DNA from: Bugula neritina
Taxonomy: Eukaryota; Animalia; Bryozoa
Assembly: GCA_964035545.1 (NCBI GenBank)
Contig: OZ037770.1
Location: forward strand, 7,384,973 to 7,448,972
Length of the DNA: 64,000 bases
Direction of reading: 5' to 3'
The notes beneath the pieces are model-generated. The model was not told where the DNA came from and did no database searches. It saw nothing but the letters and a program-made list of their open reading frames with translations. Shown here one piece after another: positions 15,801 through 33,800 of this stretch. The position numbers were made by a program, and so were the translations under genes. Every line of letters begins with the position of its first letter. The stretch's first letter is position 1.

Positions 15801-18800
15801 CAGAAATTTACTGTAACATACTGAAACATATGCCAACATACTGAAATGTACTGCAACATACTGAAATATACTGTGACACATGAAATATGCTGCAACATAC
15901 TGAAATATACTACATCATACTGAAGTATACTGCAACATACTGAAATATACTGCAACATACTGAGATATACTGGAACATACTGCAATATACTGACATACAC
16001 TGTAACATAGTGAAACATACAACAACATATTGAAATGCACAGCACTATGCTAAACTATACTGCAACATACTGAAATTTACTGCAACATACTGGAATATAC
16101 TGCAAGATACTGCAACATACTGAAATACGCTGTAACATACTGAAATACACTGCAAACTACTGAAACATACTGCAACATACTGAAATATACTGCAAGATGC
16201 TGCAACATACTAAAATACATTGTAAGATACCAAAATACACTGCAACATACTGCAAAAAACTGAAATACACTGTAACATTATGAAATACACTGCAGAACAT
16301 TGAAATATACTGCAACATACTGAAACATACGGCAACATATCGAAATATACTGCGACACATTGAAATATGCTGCAACATACTGAAATATACTGCAAGATAC
16401 TGAAATACACTTCAACATAAGGAATTACACTGCAACATACTGCAACATACTGAAATATACTGTAACATACTGAAGTACACTGCAAAACATTGGATTATAC
16501 TGCAACATACCTAAATATATGGTAACCTACTGAAATATGTTGCAAACTATTGAAATGTACTCCAACATACTGCAACATAATGAAATACACTGCAACATAC
16601 TGAAATATACTGCAACATACTGAAATACACTGTAACATACTGAAATACACTGCAAATTACTGAAACATACTGCAACATACTGAAATATACTGCAAAATAC
16701 TGCAATATACTGACATATACTGTAACATACTGAAATACACTGCAACTTCCTTAAGTATAGTGTAATATACGGAAATGTACTGTAACATACTGAAAAACAT
16801 TTCAACATATTGAAATACACCTAAAAGTACCGATATAGACTGAAAAATACGGTATTATACTGAAACATACTGACATATGCTGGAATTTACTGAAATATAC
16901 TCGTACATACCCGAATAAACTGTGACACACTAAAATACATTGCAACATACTGAAAGATACTGCAACATACCGCAACATACTGCAACATACTGGAATACAC
17001 TGTAAAATATTGAAATACACTGCAACACAGTGAAGTATGCTGTAATATACAAAAAATTACTGTAACATACTGAAACATACGCCATCATGATGAAATTTAC
17101 TGCAACATGCTTAGATACACTGTAACATACTGAATTACAGTGCAACATACTGAAATACACTGTAACATATTGAAATACACTGCAAAACAATGGAATATAC
17201 TGCAACATACTGAAACATACAGCAACAAACTGAAATATACTGCGACACATTGAAATATACTGCAACATACTGAAATATGCTGTAACATACTGAAATGCAC
17301 TGCAACACACTAGAGTATACTGTAATTCACAAAAGTGTACTGTAACATACGGAAACATACAACAACATACTGAAATGCACTGCACTATGCTGAAATATAC
17401 TGCAACATACTGAAATACACTTCAACATAAGGAATTACATTGCGACATACTGTAACATATTAAAATGTACTGTAACATACTGAAGTACACTGCAAAACAT
17501 TGGATTATACTGCAACATACCTAAATATATGGTAACCTACTTAAACATGTTGCAAACTACTGAAGTATGCTGCAACATACTGCAACATAATGAAAAATAC
17601 TGCAACATACTGAAAAAGACTGCAAAATACTGCAACAAACTGAAATTCACTGTAAAAATTTGAAATACACTGCAACACACTGAAATATACTGCAACATAC
17701 TGAAACATTTGGCAACATATCGAAATATACTGCGACACATTGAAATATGCTGCAACATACTGAAATATACTGCAAGATACTGAAACATGCTGCAACAGAT
17801 TGAAATATACTGCAAGATACTGAAACATGCTGCAACAGATTGAAATATACTGCAACATACTGAAGAATACTGTAATATAGAGAGACGTACTGTGAAATAC
17901 TGAAATATACTACATCATACTGAAACATACCTAAAATTATTGAAACATACTGAAATACACTGTAACATACTGAGATACACTGCAACACATTGGATTATAC
18001 TGCAACATACCGAAATATATTGTAACCTACGAAAATATGTTGCAAACTACTGAAACATACTACTACATACTGCAACATACTAGAATATACTGCAAGATAC
18101 TGCAATATAATGATATACATTGTAAGATATTGAAATACACTGCAACATACAGCAACATACTGCAACATACTGAAACACACTGTAACATACTGAAATACAC
18201 TACAACACATTGAAATATACTACAACATACTGAAACATACGGCAGCATACTGAAATATACTGCGACACATTGAAATATACTGCAAAATACTGAAATATGC
18301 TGTAGCACACTGAAATACACTGCAACACACTGAAGAATACTGTAATATACAGAGACGTACTGTGAAATACTGAAATATACTACATCATACTGAAACATAC
18401 CTAAAAATATTGAAACATTTTGAAATACACTGTAACATACTGAGATACACTGCAACACATTGAAATATACTGCAACATACCGAAATATAATGTAACCTAC
18501 AAAAATATGTTGCAAACTACTGAAATATACTGCTACATACTGCGACATAATCAAATAGACTGCAACATACTAGAATATGCTGCAAGGTACTGCAATATAA
18601 TGAAATACATTGTAAGATATTGAAATACACTGCAACCTACAGCAACATGCCGCAACATACTGAAACACACTGTAACATATTGAAGTACACTGCAACACAT
18701 TGAATTATACTACAACATACTGAAACATACGGCAGCATACTGAAATAAACTGGGACACATTGAAATATACTGCAAAATCCTGAGATATGCTGTAGCATAT

Positions 18801-21800
18801 TGAAATACACTGCAACGCACTGAAGTATACTGTAATATATAGAAATTTACTGAAACATACGCCAACATACTGAAATGCAGTGCAACATACTGAAATACAC
18901 CGCAACACATTGGATTATACTGCAACATACCTAAATATATGGTAACCTACTTAAATATGTTGCAAACTACTGAAATATACTGCAACCTACTGCAACATAA
19001 TGAAATATACTGCCACATACTGAAATAGACTGCAACATACTGCAACATAATGAAATATACTGCCACATACTGGAATAGACTGCAAAATACTGCAACAAAC
19101 TGAAATACACTGCAAAACATTGGATTATACTGCAACATACCTAAATATATGGTAACCTACTGAAATATGTTGCAAACCACTGAAATGTACTCCAACATAC
19201 TGCAACATAATGAAATATACTGCAACATACTGAAATAGACTGCAAAATACTGCAACATACTGAAATACACTGTAACATACTGAAATACACTGCAAACTAC
19301 TGAAACATACTGCAACATACTGAAATATACTGGAAAATACTGCAACATACTGAAATACATTGTAAGATACCGAAATACACTGCAACATACTGCAAAAAAC
19401 TGAAATACACTGTAACATTATGAAATACACTGCAACACATTGAAATATACTGCAACATACTGAAACATACGGCAACATACTGAAATATACTGCGACACAT
19501 TGAAATATGCTGCAACATACTGAAATATACTGCAACACATTGAAATATACTGCAACATACTGAAATACACTTCAACATAAGGAATTACACTGCAACATAC
19601 TGCAACATACTGAAATATACTGTAACATACTGAAATACACTGTAACATACTGAAATACACTGCAACATACTGCAACAAACTGAAATACATTGTAACAATA
19701 TGAAATACACTGCAACACATTGAAATATGCTGCAACATACTGAAATATACTACATCATACTGATGTATACTGCAACATACTGAATATGCTGCAACATACT
19801 GAAATATACTACATCATACTGAAGTATACTGCAACATACTGAAATATACTGCAACATACTGAGATATACTGCAACATACTGAAACACACTGTAACACATT
19901 GAAATACACTGTAAGACATTGAAAAATACTACAACATACTGAAACATACGACAGCATACTGAAATATACTGCTACACATTGTAATATACTGCAAAACACT
20001 GAAATATGCCGTAGCATACTGAAATACACTGCAACACACTGAAGTATACTGTAATTTACAGAAATTTACTGTAACATACTGAAACATATGCCAACATACT
20101 GAAATGTACTGCAACATACTGAAATATACTGTGACACATTGAAATATGCTGCAACATACTGAAATATACTACATCATACTGAAGTATACTGCAACATACT
20201 GAAATATACTGCAACATACTGAGATATACTGGAACATACTGCAATATACTGACATACACTGTAACATAGTGAAACATACAACAACATATTGAAATGCACA
20301 GCACTATGCTAAACTATACTGCAACATACTGAAATTTACTGCAACATACTGGAATATACTGCAAGATACTGCAACATACTGAAATACACTGTAACATAAT
20401 GAAATACACTGCAAAACATTGGAATATACTGCAACATACCTAAATAAATGGTAACCTACTCAAATATGTTGCAAACTACTGAAATATACTGCAACATACT
20501 GCAACATAATGAAATATACTGCAACATACTGAAATATACTGCAAAATACTGCAACACACTGAAATACGCTGTAACATACTGAAATACACTGCAAACTACT
20601 GAAACATACTGCAACATACTGAAATATACTGCAAGATGCTGCAACATACTAAAATACATTGTAAGATACCAAAATACACTGCAACATACTGCAAAAAACT
20701 GAAATACACTGTAACATTATGAAATACACTGCAGAACATTGAAATATACTGCAACATACTGAAACATACGGCAACATATCGAAATATACTGCGACACATT
20801 GAAATATGCTGCAACATACTGAAATATACTGCAAGATACTGAAATACACTTCAACATAAGGAATTACACTGCAACATACTGCAACATACTGAAATATACT
20901 GTAACATACTGAAGTACACTGCAAAACATTGGATTATACTGCAACATACCTAAATATATGGTAACCTACTGAAATATGTTGCAAACTATTGAAATGTACT
21001 CCAACATACTGCAACATAATGAAATACACTGCAACATACTGAAATATACTGCAACATACTGAAATACACTGTAACATACTGAAATACACTGCAAATTACT
21101 GAAACATACTGCAACATACTGAAATATACTGCAAAATACTGCAATATACTGACATATACTGTAACATACTGAAATACACTGCAACTTCCTTAAGTATAGT
21201 GTAATATACGGAAATGTACTGTAACATACTGAAAAACATTTCAACATATTGAAATACACCTAAAAGTACCGATATAGACTGAAAAATACGGTATTATACT
21301 GAAACATACTGACATATGCTGGAATTTACTGAAATATACTCGTACATACCCGAATAAACTGTGACACACTAAAATACATTGCAACATACTGAAAGATACT
21401 GCAACATACCGCAACATACTGCAACATACTGGAATACACTGTAAAATATTGAAATACACTGCAACACAGTGAAGTATGCTGTAATATACAAAAAATTACT
21501 GTAACATACTGAAACATACGCCATCATGATGAAATTTACTGCAACATGCTTAGATACACTGTAACATACTGAATTACAGTGCAACATACTGAAATACACT
21601 GTAACATATTGAAATACACTGCAAAACAATGGAATATACTGCAACATACTGAAACATACAGCAACAAACTGAAATATACTGCGACACATTGAAATATACT
21701 GCAACATACTGAAATATGCTGTAACATACTGAAATGCACTGCAACACACTAGAGTATACTGTAATTCACAAAAGTGTACTGTAACATACGGAAACATACA

Positions 21801-24800
21801 ACAACATACTGAAATGCACTGCACTATGCTGAAATATACTGCAACATACTGAAATACACTTCAACATAAGGAATTACATTGCGACATACTGTAACATATT
21901 AAAATGTACTGTAACATACTGAAGTACACTGCAAAACATTGGATTATACTGCAACATACCTAAATATATGGTAACCTACTTAAACATGTTGCAAACTACT
22001 GAAGTATGCTGCAACATACTGCAACATAATGAAAAATACTGCAACATACTGAAAAAGACTGCAAAATACTGCAACAAACTGAAATTCACTGTAAAAATTT
22101 GAAATACACTGCAACACACTGAAATATACTGCAACATACTGAAACATTTGGCAACATATCGAAATATACTGCGACACATTGAAATATGCTGCAACATACT
22201 GAAATATACTGCAAGATACTGAAACATGCTGCAACAGATTGAAATATACTGCAAGATACTGAAACATGCTGCAACAGATTGAAATATACTGCAACATACT
22301 GAAGAATACTGTAATATAGAGAGACGTACTGTGAAATACTGAAATATACTACATCATACTGAAACATACCTAAAATTATTGAAACATACTGAAATACACT
22401 GTAACATACTGAGATACACTGCAACACATTGGATTATACTGCAACATACCGAAATATATTGTAACCTACGAAAATATGTTGCAAACTACTGAAACATACT
22501 ACTACATACTGCAACATACTAGAATATACTGCAAGATACTGCAATATAATGATATACATTGTAAGATATTGAAATACACTGCAACATACAGCAACATACT
22601 GCAACATACTGAAACACACTGTAACATACTGAAATACACTACAACACATTGAAATATACTACAACATACTGAAACATACGGCAGCATACTGAAATATACT
22701 GCGACACATTGAAATATACTGCAAAATACTGAAATATGCTGTAGCACACTGAAATACACTGCAACACACTGAAGAATACTGTAATATACAGAGACGTACT
22801 GTGAAATACTGAAATATACTACATCATACTGAAACATACCTAAAAATATTGAAATATTTTGAAATACACTGTAACATACTGAGATACACTGCAACACATT
22901 GAAATATACTGCAACATACCGAAATATAATGTAACCTACAAAAATATGTTGCAAACTACTGAAATATACTGCTACATACTGCGACATAATCAAATAGACT
23001 GCAACATACTAGAATATGCTGCAAGGTACTGCAATATAATGAAATACATTGTAAGATATTGAAATACACTGCAACCTACAGCAACATGCCGCAACATACT
23101 GAAACACACTGTAACATATTGAAGTACACTGCAACACATTGAATTATACTACAACATACTGAAACATACGGCAGCATACTGAAATAAACTGGGACACATT
23201 GAAATATACTGCAAAATCCTGAGATATGCTGTAGCATATTGAAATACACTGCAACGCACTGAAGTATACTGTAATATATAGAAATTTACTGAAACATACG
23301 CCAACATACTGAAATGCAGTGCAACATACTGAAATACACTGCAACACATTGGATTATACTGCAACATACCTAAATATATGGTAACCTACTTAAATATGTT
23401 GCAAACTCCTGAAATATACTGCGACATACTGCAACATAATGAAATATACTGCCACATACTGGAATAGACTGCAAAATACTGCAACAAACTGAAATACACT
23501 GCAAAACATTGGATTATACTGCAACATACCTAAATATATGGTAACCTACTGAAATATGTTGCAAACCACTGAAATGTACTCCAACATACTGCAACATATA
23601 GAAATATACTGCAACATACTGAAATAGACTGCAAAATACTGCAACATACTGGAATACACTGTAACATACTGAAATACACTGCAAATTACTGAAACATAAT
23701 GCAACATACTGAAATATACTGGAAAATACTGCAACATACTGCAAAAAACTGAAATACACTGTAACATTATGAAATACACTGCAACACATTGAAATATACT
23801 GCAACATACTGAAACATACGGCAACATACTGAAATATACTGCAACATACCGAAATATAATGTAACCTACAAAAATATGTTGCAAACTACTGAAATATACT
23901 GCTACATACTGTGACATAATCAAATAAACTGCAACATACTAGAATATGCTGCAAGGTACTGCAATATAATGAAATACATTGTAAGATATTGAAATACACT
24001 GCAACATACAGCAACATGCCGCAACATACTGAAACACACTGTAACACATTGAAATACACTGTAAGACATTGAATTATACTACAACATACTGAAACATACG
24101 GCAGCATACTGAAATAAACTGGGACACATTGAAATATACTGCAAAATCCTGACATATACTGTAACATACTGAAATACACTGCAACTTGCTTAAGTATAGT
24201 GTAATATACGGAAATGTACTGCAACATTCTGAAATATACTGCAACATACTGAAAAACATTTCAACATAAGGAATTACATTGCAACATACTGCAACATACT
24301 GAAATATACTGTAACATACTGAAATACACTGCAAAACATTGGATTATACTGCAACATACCTAAATATATGGTAACCTACTGAAATATGTTGCAAACTACT
24401 GAAATGTACTCCAACATACTGCAACATAATGAAATATACTGCAACATACTGAAATATACTGGAAAATACTGCAACATACTGACATATACTGTAACATACT
24501 GAAATACACTGCAACTTGCTTAAGTATAGTGTAATATACGGAAATGTACTGCAACATTCTGAAATATACTGCAACATACTGAAAAACATTTCAACATATT
24601 GAATAACACCTAAAAGTGCCGAAATAGACTGAAAAATACAGTATTATACTGAAACATACTGAAATATGCTGGAATTTACTGAAATATACTCGTACATACC
24701 CGAATAAACGGTGACACACTAAAATACATTGCAACATACTGAAAGATACTGCAACTTACCGCAACATACTGCAACATACTGGTATACACTGTGAAATATT

Positions 24801-27800
24801 GAAATACACTGCAAAACAGTGAAGTATACTGTAATATACAAAAAATTACTGTAACATACTTAAACATACGCCAACAAGATTAAATTTACTGCAACACGCT
24901 GAAATACACTGTAACATACTGAATTACACTGCAACATACTGAAATACACTGTAACATATTGAAGAACACTGCAAAGCAATGAAATATACTGCAACATACT
25001 GAAACATGCTGTAACATACTGAAATGCACTGCAACACACTGGAGTATACTGTAATTCACAGAAGTGTACTGTAACATACTGAAACATACAACAACATACT
25101 GAAATGCACTGCACTATGCTGAAATATACTGCAACATACTGAAATACACTTCAACATAAGGAATTACATTGCAACATACTGCAACATACTGAAATATACT
25201 AAAACATACTGAAACACACTGCAAAACATTGGATTATACTGCAACATACCTAAATATATGGTAACCTACTGAAATATGTTGCAAACAACTGAAATATACT
25301 GCAACATACTGCAACATAATGAAATATACTGCAACATGCGTAAATATACTGCAAAATGCTGCAACATACTGAAATACACTGTAACATACTGCAATACACT
25401 GCAACATACTGCAACAAACTGAAATACACTGTAACAATATGAAATACACTGCAACACATTGAAATATGCTGCAACATACTGAAATATACTACATCATACT
25501 GAAGTATACTGCAACATACTGAAATACACTGCAACATACTGAGATATACTGCAACATACTGAAACACACTGTAACACATTGAAATACACTGTAAGACATT
25601 GAAATATACTACAACATACTGAAACATACGACAGCATACTGAAATATACTGCTACACATTGAAATATACTGGAAAACACTGAAATATGCCGTAGCATACT
25701 GAAATACACTGAAACACACTGAAGTATAATGTGATTTACTGAAATTTACTGTAACATACTGAAACATATGCCAACATACTGAAATGTACTGCAACATACT
25801 GAAATACACTGCAACACATTGGATTATACTGCAACATACCTAAATATATGGTAACCTACCTAAATATGTTGCAAACTAGTGAAATATACTGCAACATACT
25901 GCAACATAATGAAATTTACTGCCACATACTGAAATAGACTGCAAAATACTGCAACAAACTGAAATACACTGTAACATTATGAAATACACTGCAACACATT
26001 GAAATATACTGCAACATACTGAAATACACTTCAACATAAGGAATTACACTGCAACATACTGAAACATACGACAGCATACTGAAATATACTGCTACACATT
26101 GAAATATACTGCAAGACACTGAAATATGCCGTAGCATACTGAAACCTACTGCAACACACTGAAGTATACTGTAATTTACAGAAATTTACTGTAACATACT
26201 GAAACATATGCCAACATACTGAAATGTACTGCAACATACTGAAATACACTGCAACACATTGGATTATACTGCAACATACCTAAATATATGGTAACCTACT
26301 TAAATATGTTGCAAACTACCGAAATATACTACAACATACTGCAACATAATGAAATATACTGCGACATACTGAAATAGACTGCAAAATACTGCAACAGACT
26401 GAAATACACTGTAACATTATGAATTACACTGCAACACATCGAAATATACTGCAACATACTGAAATACACTTCAACATAAGGAATTACACTGCAACATACT
26501 GCAACATACTGAAATATACTGTAACATACTGAAATACACTGTAACATACTGATATACACTGCAACATACTGCAACAAACTGAAATACACTGTAACAATAT
26601 GAAATACACTGCAACGCATTGAAATATGCTGCAACATACTGAAACATACGGCAACATACTGAAATATACTGCGACACATTGAAATATGCTGCAACATACT
26701 GAAATATACTACATCATACTGAAGTATACTGCAACATACTGAAATATGCTGCAACATACTGAAATATACTACATCATACTGAAGTATACTGCAACATACT
26801 GAAATATACTGCAACATACCGAAATATACTGGAAAATACGGCAACATACTGAAATACATTGTAAGATACCGAAATACACTGCAACATACTGCAAAAAACT
26901 GAAATACACTGTAACATTATGAAATACACTGCAACACATTGAAATATACTGTAACATACTGAAACATACGGCAACATACTGAAATATACTGCGACACATT
27001 GAAATATGCTGCAACATACTGAAATATACTGTAACACATTGAAATACACTGTAAGACATTGAAATAAACTACAACATACTGAAACATACGGCAGCATACT
27101 GAAACACACTGTAACACATTGAAATACACTGTAAGACATTGAAATATACTACAACATACTGAAACATACGGCAGCATACTGAAATATACTGCGACACATT
27201 GAAATATACTGCAAAACACTGAAATATGCCGTAGCATACTGAAATACACTGCTACACATTGAAATATACTGCAAAACACTGAAATATGCCGTAGCATACT
27301 GAAATACACTGCAACACACTGAAGTAAACTGTAATTTACAGAAATTTACTGTAACATACTGAAACATATGCCAACATACTGAAATGTACTGGAACATACT
27401 GAAATACACTGCAACACATTGGATTATACTGCAACATACCTAAATATATGGTGACCTACTTAAATATGTTGCAAACTACTGAAATATACTGCAACATACT
27501 GCAACATAATGAAATATACTGCCACATACTGAAATAGACTGCAAAATACTGCAAAAAACTGAAATACACTGTAACATTATGAAATGCACTGCAACACATT
27601 GAAATATACTGCAACATACTGAAATACACTTCAACATAAGGAATTACATTGCAACATACTGCAACATACTGAAATATACTGTAACATACTGAAATACACT
27701 GCAAAACATTGGATTATACTGCAACATACCTAAATATATGGTAACCTACTGAAATATGTTGCAAACTACTGAAATGTACTCCAACATACTGCAACATAAT

Positions 27801-30800
27801 GGAATATACTGCAACATACTGAAATATACTGCAAAATACTGCAACATACTGAAATACACTGTAACATACTGAAATACACTGCAATTTACTGAAACGTACT
27901 GCAACATACTGAAATATACTGGAAAATACTGCAACATACTGACATATACTGTAACATACTGAAATACACTGCAACTTGCTTAAGTATAGTGTAATATACG
28001 GAAATGTACTGCAACACTCTGAAATATACTGCAACATACTGAAAAACATTTCAACATATTGAATAACACCTAAAAGTGCCGAAATAGACTGAAAAATACA
28101 GTATTATACTGAAACATACTGAAATATGCTGGAATTTACTGAAATATACTCGTACATACCCGAATAAACTGTGACACACTAAATACATTGCAACATACTG
28201 AAAGATACTGCAACTTACCGCAACATACTGCAACATACTGGAATACACTGTAAAATATTGAAATACACTGCAAAACAGTGAAGTATACTGTAATATACAA
28301 AAAATTACTGTAACATACTTAAACATACGCCAACAAGAGTAAATTTACTGCAACACGCTGAAATACACTGTAACATACTAAATTACACTGCAACATACTG
28401 AAATACACTGTAACATATTGAAGAACACTGCAAAGCAATGAAATATACTGCAACATACTGAAACATGCTGTAACATACTGAAATGCACTGCAACACACTG
28501 GAGTATACTGTAATTCACAGAAGTGTACTGTAACATACTGAAACATACAACAACATACTGAAATGCACTGCACTATGCTGAAATATACTGCAACATACTG
28601 AAATACACTTCAACATAAGGAATTACATTGCAACATACTGCAACATACTGAAATATACTAAAACATACTGAAACACACTGCAAAACATTGGATTATACTG
28701 CAACATACCTAAATATAAGGTAACCTACTTAAATATGTTGCAAACTACTGAAGTATGCTGCAACATACTGCAACATAATGAAAAATACTGCAACATACTG
28801 AAAAAGACTGCAAAATACTGCAACATACTGAAAAAGACTGCAAAATACTGCAACAAACTGAAATACACTGTAAAAATTTGAAATACACTGCAACACACTA
28901 AAATATACTGCAACATACTGAAACATTTGGCAACATATCGAAATATACTGCGACACATTGAAATATGCTGCAACATACTGAAATATACTGCAAGATACTG
29001 AAACATGCTGCAACAGATTGAAATATACTGCAACATACTGAAATACGCTGTAGCATACTGAAATACACTGCAACACACTGAAGAATACTGTAATATAGAG
29101 GAACGTACTGTGAAATACTGAAATATACTACATCATACTGAAACATACCTAAAAATATTGAAACATTTTGAAATACACTGTAACATACTGAGATACACTG
29201 CAACACATTGAAATATACTGCAACATACCGAAATATAATGTAACCTACAAAAATATGTTGCAAACTACTGAAATATACTGCTACATACTGTGACATAATC
29301 AAATAAACTGCAACATACTAGAATATGCTGCAAGGTACTGCAATATAATGAAATACATTGTAAGATATTGAAATACACTGCAACATACAGCAACATGCCG
29401 CAACATACTGAAACACACTGTAACACATTGAAATACACTGTAAGACATTGAATTATACTACAACATACTGAAACATACGGCAGCATACTGAAATAAACTG
29501 GGACACATTGAAATATACTGCAAAATCCTGACATATACTGTAACATACTGAAATACACTGCAACTTGCTTAAGTATAGTGTAATATACGGAAATGTACTG
29601 CAACATTCTGAAATATACTGCAACATACTGAAAAACATTTCAACATAAGGAATTACATTGCAACATACTGCAACATACTGAAATATACTGTAACATACTG
29701 AAATACACTGCAAAACATTGGATTATACTGCAACATACCTAAATATATGGTAACCTACTGAAATATGTTGCAAACTACTGAAATGTACTCCAACATACTG
29801 CAACATAATGAAATATACTGCAACATACTGAAATATACTGGAAAATACTGCAACATACTGACATATACTGTAACATACTGAAATACACTGCAACTTGCTT
29901 AAGTATAGTGTAATATACGGAAATGTACTGCAACATTCTGAAATATACTGCAACATACTGAAAAACATTTCAACATATTGAATAACACCTAAAAGTGCCG
30001 AAATAGACTGAAAAATACAGTATTATACTGAAACATACTGAAATATGCTGGAATTTACTGAAATATACTCGTACATACCCGAATAAACGGTGACACACTA
30101 AAATACATTGCAACATACTGAAAGATACTGCAACTTACCGCAACATACTGCAACATACTGGTATACACTGTGAAATATTGAAATACACTGCAAAACAGTG
30201 AAGTATACTGTAATATACAAAAAATTACTGTAACATACTTAAACATACGCCAACAAGATTAAATTTACTGCAACACGCTGAAATACACTGTAACATACTG
30301 AATTACACTGCAACATACTGAAATACACTGTAACATATTGAAGAACACTGCAAAGCAATGAAATATACTGCAACATACTGAAACATGCTGTAACATACTG
30401 AAATGCACTGCAACACACTGGAGTATACTGTAATTCACAGAAGTGTACTGTAACATACTGAAACATACAACAACATACTGAAATGCACTGCACTATGCTG
30501 AAATATACTGCAACATACTGAAATACACTTCAACATAAGGAATTACATTGCAACATACTGCAACATACTGAAATATACTAAAACATACTGAAACACACTG
30601 CAAAACATTGGATTATACTGCAACATACCTAAATATATGGTAACCTACTGAAATATGTTGCAAACAACTGAAATATACTGCAACATACTGCAACATAATG
30701 AAATATACTGCAACATGCGTAAATATACTGCAAAATGCTGCAACATACTGAAATACACTGTAACATACTGCAATACACTGCAACATACTGCAACAAACTG

Positions 30801-33800
30801 AAATACACTGTAACAATATGAAATACACTGCAACACATTGAAATATGCTGCAACATACTGAAATATACTACATCATACTGAAGTATACTGCAACATACTG
30901 AAATACACTGCAACATACTGAGATATACTGCAACATACTGAAACACACTGTAACACATTGAAATACACTGTAAGACATTGAAATATACTACAACATACTG
31001 AAACATACGACAGCATACTGAAATATACTGCTACACATTGAAATATACTGGAAAACACTGAAATATGCCGTAGCATACTGAAATACACTGAAACACACTG
31101 AAGTATAATGTGATTTACTGAAATTTACTGTAACATACTGAAACATATGCCAACATACTGAAATGTACTGCAACATACTGAAATACACTGCAACACATTG
31201 GATTATACTGCAACATACCTAAATATATGGTAACCTACCTAAATATGTTGCAAACTAGTGAAATATACTGCAACATACTGCAACATAATGAAATTTACTG
31301 CCACATACTGAAATAGACTGCAAAATACTGCAACAAACTGAAATACACTGTAACATTATGAAATACACTGCAACACATTGAAATATACTGCAACATACTG
31401 AAATACACTTCAACATAAGGAATTACACTGCAACATACTGAAACATACGACAGCATACTGAAATATACTGCTACACATTGAAATATACTGCAAGACACTG
31501 AAATATGCCGTAACATACTGAAACCTACTGCAACACACTGAAGTATACTGTAATTTACAGAAATTTACTGTAACATACTGAAACATATGCCAACATACTG
31601 AAATGTACTGCAACATACTGAAATACACTGCAACACATTGGATTATACTGCAACATACCTAAATATATGGTAACCTACTTAAATATGTTGCAAACTACCG
31701 AAATATACTACAACATACTGCAACATAATGAAATATACTGCGACATACTGAAATAGACTGCAAAATACTGCAACAGACTGAAATACACTGTAACATTATG
31801 AATTACACTGCAACACATCGAAATATACTGCAACATACTGAAATACACTTCAACATAAGGAATTACACTGCAACATACTGCAACATACTGAAATATACTG
31901 TAACATACTGAAATACACTGTAACATACTGATATACACTGCAACATACTGCAACAAACTGAAATACACTGTAACAATATGAAATACACTGCAACGCATTG
32001 AAATATGCTGCAACATACTGAAACATACGGCAACATACTGAAATATACTGCGACACATTGAAATATGCTGCAACATACTGAAATATACTACATCATACTG
32101 AAGTATACTGCAACATACTGAAATATGCTGCAACATACTGAAATATACTACATCATACTGAAGTATACTGCAACATACTGAAATATACTGCAACATACCG
32201 AAATATACTGGAAAATACGGCAACATACTGAAATACATTGTAAGATACCGAAATACACTGCAACATACTGCAAAAAACTGAAATACACTGTAACATTATG
32301 AAATACACTGCAACACATTGAAATATACTGTAACATACTGAAACATACGGCAACATACTGAAATATACTGCGACACATTGAAATATGCTGCAACATACTG
32401 AAATATACTGTAACACATTGAAATACACTGTAAGACATTGAAATAAACTACAACATACTGAAACATACGGCAGCATACTGAAACACACTGTAACACATTG
32501 AAATACACTGTAAGACATTGAAATATACTACAACATACTGAAACATACGGCAGCATACTGAAATATACTGCGACACATTGAAATATACTGCAAAACACTG
32601 AAATATGCCGTAGCATACTGAAATACACTGCTACACATTGAAATATACTGCAAAACACTGAAATATGCCGTAGCATACTGAAATACACTGCAACACACTG
32701 AAGTAAACTGTAATTTACAGAAATTTACTGTAACATACTGAAACATATGCCAACATACTGAAATGTACTGGAACATACTGAAATACACTGCAACACATTG
32801 GATTATACTGCAACATACCTAAATATATGGTGACCTACTTAAATATGTTGCAAACTACTGAAATATACTGCAACATACTGCAACATAATGAAATATACTG
32901 CCACATACTGAAATAGACTGCAAAATACTGCAAAAAACTGAAATACACTGTAACATTATGAAATGCACTGCAACACATTGAAATATACTGCAACATACTG
33001 AAATACACTTCAACATAAGGAATTACATTGCAACATACTGCAACATACTGAAATATACTGTAACATACTGAAATACACTGCAAAACATTGGATTATACTG
33101 CAACATACCTAAATATATGGTAACCTACTGAAATATGTTGCAAACTACTGAAATGTACTCCAACATACTGCAACATAATGGAATATACTGCAACATACTG
33201 AAATATACTGCAAAATACTGCAACATACTGAAATACACTGTAACATACTGAAATACACTGCAATTTACTGAAACGTACTGCAACATACTGAAATATACTG
33301 GAAAATACTGCAACATACTGACATATACTGTAACATACTGAAATACACTGCAACTTGCTTAAGTATAGTGTAATATACGGAAATGTACTGCAACACTCTG
33401 AAATATACTGCAACATACTGAAAAACATTTCAACATATTGAATAACACCTAAAAGTGCCGAAATAGACTGAAAAATACAGTATTATACTGAAACATACTG
33501 AAATATGCTGGAATTTACTGAAATATACTCGTACATACCCGAATAAACTGTGACACACTAAATACATTGCAACATACTGAAAGATACTGCAACTTACCGC
33601 AACATACTGCAACATACTGGAATACACTGTAAAATATTGAAATACACTGCAAAACAGTGAAGTATACTGTAATATACAAAAAATTACTGTAACATACTTA
33701 AACATACGCCAACAAGAGTAAATTTACTGCAACACGCTGAAATACACTGTAACATACTAAATTACACTGCAACATACTGAAATACACTGTAACATATTGA